A stretch of DNA of 64,000 bases from Candidatus Binatia bacterium (GTDB lineage: Bacteria; Desulfobacterota; Binatia; HRBIN30). The DNA lies in the NCBI GenBank assembly GCA_038245295.1, contig JBBRSP010000011.1, positions 32,001 through 96,000 of the forward strand. Reading direction: 5' to 3'. Made by a program: the position numbers and the translations under genes. Below the pieces are notes generated by a model. The model was given only the letters and a program-made list of their open reading frames with translations. It did not search any database and was not told the origin of the DNA. Of the stretch, positions 57,717-64,000 are shown in pieces; position 1 is the stretch's first letter, and each line of letters begins with the position of its first letter.

Positions 57717-59210
57717 ATGAGGAATCGGATGCAGAAGACCGGGTACCGGGTGGCCGTAGCGGCATCGCTCGCGGCCTTGTTGGTAGGTCCGGCGTCGGCA
57801 GTAGTTACGATTCAGGTGTCGACCAGCGACGGCGCACCCGGTGGAACGGTGATCCTTGGGTTGGGGCTGCGCCGCGACCCAGGTGACCGTTCGGTGGCAA
57901 CGGCGCAGACCGATGTGATTGTCCAGACAAACCAAATGAAGTTGGTTGGTACTTGTGCCGGGACGACGCAGGCCTGTTCGGCGGCCGACGAGTGCGGCGA
58001 ATCGGGCACCTGCACCTTGCCCTGTGAGAAGGAAGCGCGTCTAACCCAGCATAGCTTCGCAGCGACGCTACCCGCGTTTCAGAATTTGCCGGCGGGGCAG
58101 CAGCGCTTCAGAATGGCGATCGTCGACACGCAGTTCCCGATCGACACACTGACCGACGGGGCGCTGGCTACCTGCGTGCTGCATGTCCCGGACAACGCGG
58201 CATTGGCACCTCTGATCGTGACTACCGATCGCCTGAACGTTGGCGACGAACGCGGCAATGTCGTGCCGGCCGAAGTGGAGATCGCTGCTGGTATGATCAA
58301 GTTGCGAACTCCCACGCCGACCGCCACGATTACGCAGACGCTGGCGCCCTCGGCAACAGCGACGCCGGTTGGGACCCTGCCGACGTCTACACCAACTCCG
58401 ACGCGAACCGGAGGCAGCCCGACTCCGGATACAGCTCCCTGTCCGGCTCAGCGACCTGCGCCCTCGGGCCCAGCTCTTTATGTCGCCGACCAGACGTTGG
58501 CGGCGGGCGCCACGAGTGGGACGATCGAAGTGCGACTAGCGGCTTCCGATAGCCAGGTTGCCGGGACTCAAAATGATCTCGAGTTGCCGGCGAATATCCG
58601 GATCAAGGCGAAGGCGAATGGTCGCCCGGATTGCACCGTAAATAGTGCCATCAACAAGGGGGGGACCTCGTTTGCCTTCCGGCCCACAGGCTGTAATCCC
58701 GCGGCCGGCGAATGCTCGGTACGGGCTCTCGTCTTGTCGACGGAAGATACGAACCCGATCACACTCGATCTGCTCTACAGTTGCAACGTGACCGTCGCCA
58801 GCCGTGGCGGCGGGGTCGCGGTTACGGGAGTGATCCTCAGCACGCCAGAAGGCACGCGTGTTCCCGGAGCTAGCGGACGCAGTGGTGTGATCTGTGTTGA
58901 GGCATCGATAACTCCGACGCCGACGCCGACGCCGAGTTCGAGGCCTGCCACTCCCACGCCGACCATCACGGTTCGTACGCCGGCGACGCTTACTCCAACG
59001 ACGGTTGCGACGGCGACATCGACGGTGCGGGCGACAGCCACCCGCACACTCATCCCGGCGACCAATACGCCAGCACTCAACAACGGTGGTGGCGGCGGCG
59101 GTGGTGGATGCAACTGCGCCGTTTCGCCAGCGGAGGCGGCTAACGGCCTGTCTTCGATGTGGCTCGCCTTGCCGGCGCTGCTCCTGCAGTGGCGTCGTCG
59201 TCGGCGCTAG
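57717..59210 (+). CDS. Secreted anchoring scaffoldin-like protein: cohesin-like x2, PT linkers, MYXO-CTERM-like sorting tail
   Basis: AGGAGG RBS; signal peptide ending ASA; GAPGGTV...VATAQTD and VAGTQNDL...C.VN..INK...LLYSCNV domains; tail GGGGGGGCNC..hydrophobic..WRRRRR. Confidence 0.8.
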   Translation: MRNRMQKTGYRVAVAASLAALLVGPASAVVTIQVSTSDGAPGGTVILGLGLRRDPGDRSVATAQTDVIVQTNQMKLVGTCAGTTQACSAADECGESGTCTLPCEKEARLTQHSFAATLPAFQNLPAGQQRFRMAIVDTQFPIDTLTDGALATCVLHVPDNAALAPLIVTTDRLNVGDERGNVVPAEVEIAAGMIKLRTPTPTATITQTLAPSATATPVGTLPTSTPTPTRTGGSPTPDTAPCPAQRPAPSGPALYVADQTLAAGATSGTIEVRLAASDSQVAGTQNDLELPANIRIKAKANGRPDCTVNSAINKGGTSFAFRPTGCNPAAGECSVRALVLSTEDTNPITLDLLYSCNVTVASRGGGVAVTGVILSTPEGTRVPGASGRSGVICVEASITPTPTPTPSSRPATPTPTITVRTPATLTPTTVATATSTVRATATRTLIPATNTPALNNGGGGGGGGCNCAVSPAEAANGLSSMWLALPALLLQWRRRRR

Positions 59211-59330
59211 CCGATTGTTCCCGACCTGTTTGTTGCCGGGAGTGCTCGAGGCACTCCCGGCCCTACAGTCCCCCCGCACAGTCGACCGGTTCGGCATCCA
59301 GGCCGCGCCTAAGGGTAGTAGAGGCGGCGA

Positions 59331-60665
59331 GTGAAACATTTGAAGGAGAGCTTTGATCGCCGCTCTGCGGTGGTGGGGATCATCGGCCTAGGATATGTCG
59401 GGCTCCCCCTGGCGGCTACGTTCGCCGAATCCGGGTTTTCGGTTGTTGGCTTCGACATCGATCCGAGCAAGGTCGACGAGCTGCTTGCCGGGCGGAGCTA
59501 CATTCGCCACATTCCAGCCGAACGGATCCAGCCGCTGCTCCGGTCTCAAGCGGCGCCGCCCGGTCAACCCGGCTTTTTCCCGACAACCGACTTCGCGCTG
59601 TTGAGTGGGTGCGACGCCATCCTGATCTGCGTTCCGACGCCGCTCACGCAGAACCGTGAGCCCGACCTCTCGTACGTAACCAGTACGGCGGAAGCGATTG
59701 CCCGTCACCTCCGTAGCGGACAGCTCGTCGTGTTGGAGAGCACGACCTACCCGGGAACGACCGACGAGGTTGTCCGCGATACCCTCGAAGCTGGCGGCCT
59801 GCGTCTTGGCAAAGATTTTTTCCTCGCCTACTCCCCGGAGCGCGAAGATCCGAACAACGCGCTGTTCAACACGCGCTCCATTCCAAAGTTGGTGGGTGGC
59901 TGTACCCCGCTTTGTGGTGAGCTCGCATCGGCTCTTTACGCCGCCGTATTGGATCGCGTCATTACCGTCTCATCGGCGCGCGTCGCCGAGTCCGCCAAGC
60001 TCCTCGAGAACATTTATCGTTGCGTCAACATTGCCTTGGTCAATGAGCTTAAGGTCCTGTTCGACCGCATGGATATCGATGTCTGGGAAGTCATCGACGC
60101 AGCGGCCACGAAGCCTTTCGGGTTCACCCCATTCTACCCGGGGCCCGGCCTCGGCGGTCATTGTATTCCGATCGATCCGTTCTACCTCACGTGGAAGGCG
60201 CGCCAGTACGAGCTCACGACGCGCTTCATCGAGTTGGCTGGGGAGGTCAACCAGGGGATGCCGGCCTTCGTCATCACTAAAATTATGGAGGCGTTGAACG
60301 ACCGCGGTCGCAGCCTGAAGGGCTCGCGTGTTCTCGTTCTCGGTGTTGCCTACAAGCGCGACCTCGATGATACCCGCGAATCCCCGGCGCTGAAGCTGAT
60401 CGAACTGTTGATTCGCAAGGGCGCTGACGTTTGTTACCACGATCCTTACGTTCCGGCCTTGAAGCCGTCGCGACATTATGATTTTAACATGTGTGCTGTG
60501 AGCTTGACTCGCGAGGAGATGTGCGGCGCAGACGTAGTGGTCATCGCAACGGACCACACGTCCTACGACTACCAGCAGGTCGTGGAAGCCAGTCGGCTCG
60601 TAGTCGACACGCGCAATGCCACGCGGGGTGTAACATCGGGACGCGAGAAGATCGTCCGCGCTTGA
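59331..60665 (+). CDS. Nucleotide-sugar dehydrogenase (UDP-GlcNAc/ManNAc 6-dehydrogenase, WbpA/WecC-like)
   Basis: IGLGYVGLPLA, CVPTP, ESTTYPGTT, SPEREDP, KLLEN, GPGLGGHCIPIDP, GVAYK...D.RESP, DTRN. Confidence 0.93.
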   Translation: MKHLKESFDRRSAVVGIIGLGYVGLPLAATFAESGFSVVGFDIDPSKVDELLAGRSYIRHIPAERIQPLLRSQAAPPGQPGFFPTTDFALLSGCDAILICVPTPLTQNREPDLSYVTSTAEAIARHLRSGQLVVLESTTYPGTTDEVVRDTLEAGGLRLGKDFFLAYSPEREDPNNALFNTRSIPKLVGGCTPLCGELASALYAAVLDRVITVSSARVAESAKLLENIYRCVNIALVNELKVLFDRMDIDVWEVIDAAATKPFGFTPFYPGPGLGGHCIPIDPFYLTWKARQYELTTRFIELAGEVNQGMPAFVITKIMEALNDRGRSLKGSRVLVLGVAYKRDLDDTRESPALKLIELLIRKGADVCYHDPYVPALKPSRHYDFNMCAVSLTREEMCGADVVVIATDHTSYDYQQVVEASRLVVDTRNATRGVTSGREKIVRA

Positions 60666-60796
60666 CGATCAACAGGAGAACAATGTGGGCGGTGGCGGGA
60701 GTGACGGGTCAGTGGTTCTGGGAAGATTTGTTCCGTCCCAGGGTCGAGACTCGGCTCCGTCGGCGACTCCTTCATGGTTTTTTGGGCAGATGTTCC

Positions 60797-60898
60797 TTGA
60801 CAACGCGGGAAGTTTTTGAGTATGTATGCGCCCACTCCGCCCTGGCGAGGGTGGAGACTCTGTTCGAGGTTCAATAGCAGTATGAATCCCGTACAGAG
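60797..60898 (+). promoter_or_regulatory. Putative promoter and structured 5' leader of the tandem surface-protein genes
   Basis: TTGACA at 60797, TATGTA at 60821; hairpins CTCCGCCCT/AGGGTGGAG (60835-60856) and CTCTGT/ACAGAG (60858-60898). Confidence 0.45.
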
Positions 60899-60940
60899 GG
60901 TAGTGAGGGCAGGTTCGGTCGACTGGAAAGGAGGAGGGCA

Positions 60941-62056
60941 ATGCGAACGGTGAAGTGGAACCTATTACTCTCAGGCCTCGTAGGAATGGCGGCCCTGGGA
61001 GTCGTGGCGTCAGGGGTGCAGGCTGACGTCACTTCGGAGAAGGCGGCTTCGATCCTCATCTTTCCAGCCGTCACAACGGCGGAGCAATTTGGGACCCCGA
61101 CAGATACGGTCATCCAGATTGCAAACACGAGCAACTCGATGGTTCACGCCCACTGTAACTATGTGGATGCGAGCCGCTTCGACAGCATCACGGGGCAGCC
61201 GTGCAACCTTCCTAGCCCGAGCTGCATCGCAGCCTGGCAGGAAACTGACTTCGACATTTGGCTCACCAAGCAACAGCCAACCCACTGGGTTGTGAGCACT
61301 GGTCGCCGTGTTGATCCGACGGACGGTTTCGACCTAAACGGGTCTGGCTTCGATCCTGGGCATGTCCCGCCGATGGCGAACTTCAGCGGTGAGCTCAAGT
61401 GTGTCGAGGTTACAGCCTCGGGTGAGCCCGTCGCTGGTAATCACCTCAAGGGTGAAGCCGAGATCGTTCTGCCTAGCGAGGCTGGAGACATCTCCAAGTA
61501 CAATGCAATCGGCATTGAGGCGAACCCGGATGCGACGCCGGCGAATCCTTTGCTGCTCGACGGGAATGTGTACAACGCCTGTCCTGCCAAGCTCTGGTAC
61601 AACCATGCGGCTGATGATTCCGACACGATCTCCCAGATCGGGGCACCGACGACCAACCGTGTTGGCGCGGTACTGGTCCCTTGCAGCGAAGACTTCGAGA
61701 ATCAGATTCCGAAAAGCGTTACGGTCCAGTTCAAGGTCTACAACGAGTTCGAAGAGGTCTTCTCGGCGAGCACCACCGTCACTTGTCTCCTCTCGACGGT
61801 TCTCTCGGATATCGACAGCCCGAGCAACAACAGCGCTTCGGTGTTCAACGAAGCCGTCCTTGGAACTCCGTTTGCGATGTCGGTCATCACGCCGGTGGCG
61901 CAGCCAGACGGTAGCTCGGGCGGAGTGGTAGGCATCGGCCTCCATGCCTTGTACCAAGGCGGACAGGTCGCGCTTGCGGCAACCAGCCTCCACGGCACTG
62001 GCGACCTGGTTCCTGCGGCGGGCCCAGATTCAATCTATCTGGCCCCTCGTGAGTAA
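60941..62056 (+). CDS. Secreted hypothetical protein (paralog A), candidate major surface/S-layer protein
   Basis: AAAGGAGG RBS; signal peptide ending VQA-D; collinear similarity to 62109-63260. Confidence 0.85.
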   Translation: MRTVKWNLLLSGLVGMAALGVVASGVQADVTSEKAASILIFPAVTTAEQFGTPTDTVIQIANTSNSMVHAHCNYVDASRFDSITGQPCNLPSPSCIAAWQETDFDIWLTKQQPTHWVVSTGRRVDPTDGFDLNGSGFDPGHVPPMANFSGELKCVEVTASGEPVAGNHLKGEAEIVLPSEAGDISKYNAIGIEANPDATPANPLLLDGNVYNACPAKLWYNHAADDSDTISQIGAPTTNRVGAVLVPCSEDFENQIPKSVTVQFKVYNEFEEVFSASTTVTCLLSTVLSDIDSPSNNSASVFNEAVLGTPFAMSVITPVAQPDGSSGGVVGIGLHALYQGGQVALAATSLHGTGDLVPAAGPDSIYLAPRE

Positions 62057-62108
62057 TCTCGAGCGCAACGTGCCAACGCACTCGTTTAGGACCGAAAGGA
62101 GAAGGGCA

Positions 62109-63260
62109 ATGCGTACGGTGAAGTGGAATGCCATGCTCTCGAGCGCGGTCTGCGCTCTAGGGGGTATCGCGGTGTGGTCAGGGGTGGCGCGCGCTGATGT
62201 CTCGTCAACCAACCCGGCAGCGATCCTCGTTTTTCCGAAACTCGTTTTCAGCACGGGCGCATCGACCGACACGATCGTTCAGGTGTCGAACACCGCCAAC
62301 CATCCGGTTAACGTTCGCTGCTTCTATGTCAATGCAAATGGGCACTGCTCGAACAACCCCAGCTCGATCTGTGATCCGTACACCCTCGAAGGTTCGACTT
62401 CGTGTGGCAGCACGGGCTTCTGCATCCCTGGCTGGCAAGAGACGGACTTTGCGTTCCGTCTGACCTCCAACCAACCGATTGCCTGGCCGCTCAGCGCCGG
62501 TGCTGCGAACTTGCCGCTGGCCGACCGCTCTGGCCCGACTGGCGAGTTTAACTCGGGTTCGATTCCTCCAGCCCCTGAAGACCCCATCCAAGGCGAGCTC
62601 AAGTGTATCGAAGTCGGCGACGACGAGCTTCCTGTCGATCAGAACGACCTTATCGGCAACGCGTCGATTGAGGCGCACCGCACTGGAGCGGCCGTCGATA
62701 TCCGCAGCTATAATGCGACCGGCATTCAGGCGATCGAGGGCGCGAACAATCGTGACAACACGCTTGTCCTCGGCACCGAGTACAATGGTTGCCCGAATAT
62801 CTTGGTTCTCGACAACTGGTTTGACAACGCCATTCATCCAGTGACGGGTGCCCAGATGCGCAGCGAAGTGACATTCGTTCCTTGCTCGGAAGACTTCAAC
62901 TTCCAAGCCCCGCAGCCGGTTACTGTCCAGTACCTGGTTTTCAACGAGTTTGAGCAACGCTTCTCGACGAGCAAGCCGGTTACCTGCTTCCAGGAGATCC
63001 AGCTCTCGGACATCGATACGCGTCTTGGACCGACCGATGACCGCTTCTCGATCTTCAACGTTAACGTGCAAGGCACATTGACCGGCCAGACGACCGCTCG
63101 CGGCGTCCAGACCAGCTCTCAGACCAGCGGCACGGGATTGTTGGCGGTCTTGGAGGAGTTCTCGAACGGCCGCTCAGCAGCCAGCGAGGCGCATCAGCGT
63201 GGTACCCGTACCCAGCGTGATGTGATCCTTCTCCCGTCTGCCCAGCCGTCGGGTCTCTAG
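62109..63260 (+). CDS. Secreted hypothetical protein (paralog B), candidate major surface/S-layer protein
   Basis: AAAGGAG RBS; same MRTVKWN start; shared WQETDF, GELKC, VPCSEDF, NEFE..FS motifs. Confidence 0.85.
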   Translation: MRTVKWNAMLSSAVCALGGIAVWSGVARADVSSTNPAAILVFPKLVFSTGASTDTIVQVSNTANHPVNVRCFYVNANGHCSNNPSSICDPYTLEGSTSCGSTGFCIPGWQETDFAFRLTSNQPIAWPLSAGAANLPLADRSGPTGEFNSGSIPPAPEDPIQGELKCIEVGDDELPVDQNDLIGNASIEAHRTGAAVDIRSYNATGIQAIEGANNRDNTLVLGTEYNGCPNILVLDNWFDNAIHPVTGAQMRSEVTFVPCSEDFNFQAPQPVTVQYLVFNEFEQRFSTSKPVTCFQEIQLSDIDTRLGPTDDRFSIFNVNVQGTLTGQTTARGVQTSSQTSGTGLLAVLEEFSNGRSAASEAHQRGTRTQRDVILLPSAQPSGL

Positions 63261-63291
63261 TCCACCGATTAGACGCTTAGGTTCATTCCCT

Positions 63292-63324
63292 AAGGGGGGC
63301 CGCGCTTTGCGCGGTCCCCCTTTT
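63292..63324 (+). terminator. Intrinsic terminator
   Basis: AAGGGGGGCCGCGC-TTT-GCGCGGTCCCCCTTTT. Confidence 0.8.
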
Positions 63325-63386
63325 GCTATTTGGGAACATCGATTGAAGAGCGCTCCCAGCGCTGTCAGAGAGAGGGCACGAACAAC

Positions 63387-64000
63387 ATGCGTGGATGGAC
63401 CGTCAAGGACAGCGCTGAGCTCTACAACGTAGCTCAGTGGGGTGCCGGCTTCTTCGGAGTCAATGAAAAGGGTCACGTATCTGTTTGCGGGGGCGGCGAT
63501 GACGGGCCGTCGATTGACCTTTTGGAGCTGGTGCTCGATCTGCGCCAACGAGGCCTCCGTACACCCCTGCTCGTCCGTTTCTCGGATATCCTCGCGGCAC
63601 GCGTTCGCGGGTTGTGTGCCTCCTTCGGCAAAGCGATCTCAGAGTATGGCTACCAGGGAAATTATCGAGGCGTCTATCCGATCAAAGTGAACCAGCAGCG
63701 CCATGTGGTCGAGGAGATCGTCCGGTATGGGGCGGCGGAACGCGTCGGCCTGGAAGCCGGGAGTAAACCGGAGTTGCTCATCGCCTTGGCCATTCTCGAC
63801 ACCCCGGGGGCGGTGATTATCTGTAATGGGTACAAGGACCGCGCCTACATCGAGACCGCGCTGTTGGCGCAGCGGCTCGGGCGCACGCCGATCATTGTCG
63901 TGGACCGCGTGCACGAGGTGGAGCTGATCATACGCACGGCCCGCGAGCTGAACATCAGGCCCAACATTGGGATGCGGGCGAAGTTGACGGCAAAGGGCGC
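63387..64000 (+). CDS. speA: Biosynthetic arginine decarboxylase (3' truncated by window edge)
   Basis: Manual translation MRGWTVKDSAELYNVAQWGAGFF...RFSDIL...YRGVYPIKVNQQRHVVEEI...GLEAGSKPEL...ICNGYKD. Confidence 0.93.
   Translation, partial: MRGWTVKDSAELYNVAQWGAGFFGVNEKGHVSVCGGGDDGPSIDLLELVLDLRQRGLRTPLLVRFSDILAARVRGLCASFGKAISEYGYQGNYRGVYPIKVNQQRHVVEEIVRYGAAERVGLEAGSKPELLIALAILDTPGAVIICNGYKDRAYIETALLAQRLGRTPIIVVDRVHEVELIIRTARELNIRPNIGMRAKLTAKG

Noticed and set aside
48413..59210. True cellulosome for plant polysaccharide degradation
   Set aside because: No glycoside hydrolase or recognisable CBM in these proteins; only the scaffold modules are supported
60835..60898. Known riboswitch in the leader of the tandem surface genes
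   Set aside because: Hairpins are present but I recognise no riboswitch consensus; an Rfam/Infernal scan would be needed

Overview
GC-rich bacterial chromosomal window. Its gene content (Pro/Thr-linker secreted proteins with Cys-bearing dockerin-like repeats, many lipid/aromatic catabolic genes) suggests, by inference only, a deltaproteobacteria-like lineage such as Candidatus Binatia. Layout: (1) 1-13266, a surface-polysaccharide locus (GT2/GT4 enzymes, methyltransferase, Wzx-type flippase, two radical SAM/SPASM proteins, a degenerate sulfatase-like protein, wecB); (2) 13.3-30 kb, ompA-like, efp with an unusual Asn tip, nitrite/sulfite reductase, MATE, crotonases, SDR, purple acid phosphatase, DUF748, an orphan histidine kinase; (3) two tRNA-Lys genes around an M20 peptidase, then a TMTC-like TPR membrane glycosyltransferase; (4) 35.5-47 kb, catabolic/regulatory genes; (5) 48.4-63.3 kb, a cell-surface cluster; (6) the start of speA. 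The strongest candidate for an undescribed system is in (5): three secreted proteins together carry about five cohesin-like and three dockerin-like modules, and one ends in a MYXO-CTERM-like anchor. This is a cellulosome-like anchor/adaptor/cargo architecture with no glycoside hydrolase, next to two tandem paralogous S-layer-like proteins. A second notable signal is a set of MITEs that insert into REP palindromes, including into their own internal REP, giving nested structures. All calls come from motif reading by eye; no database searches were run.
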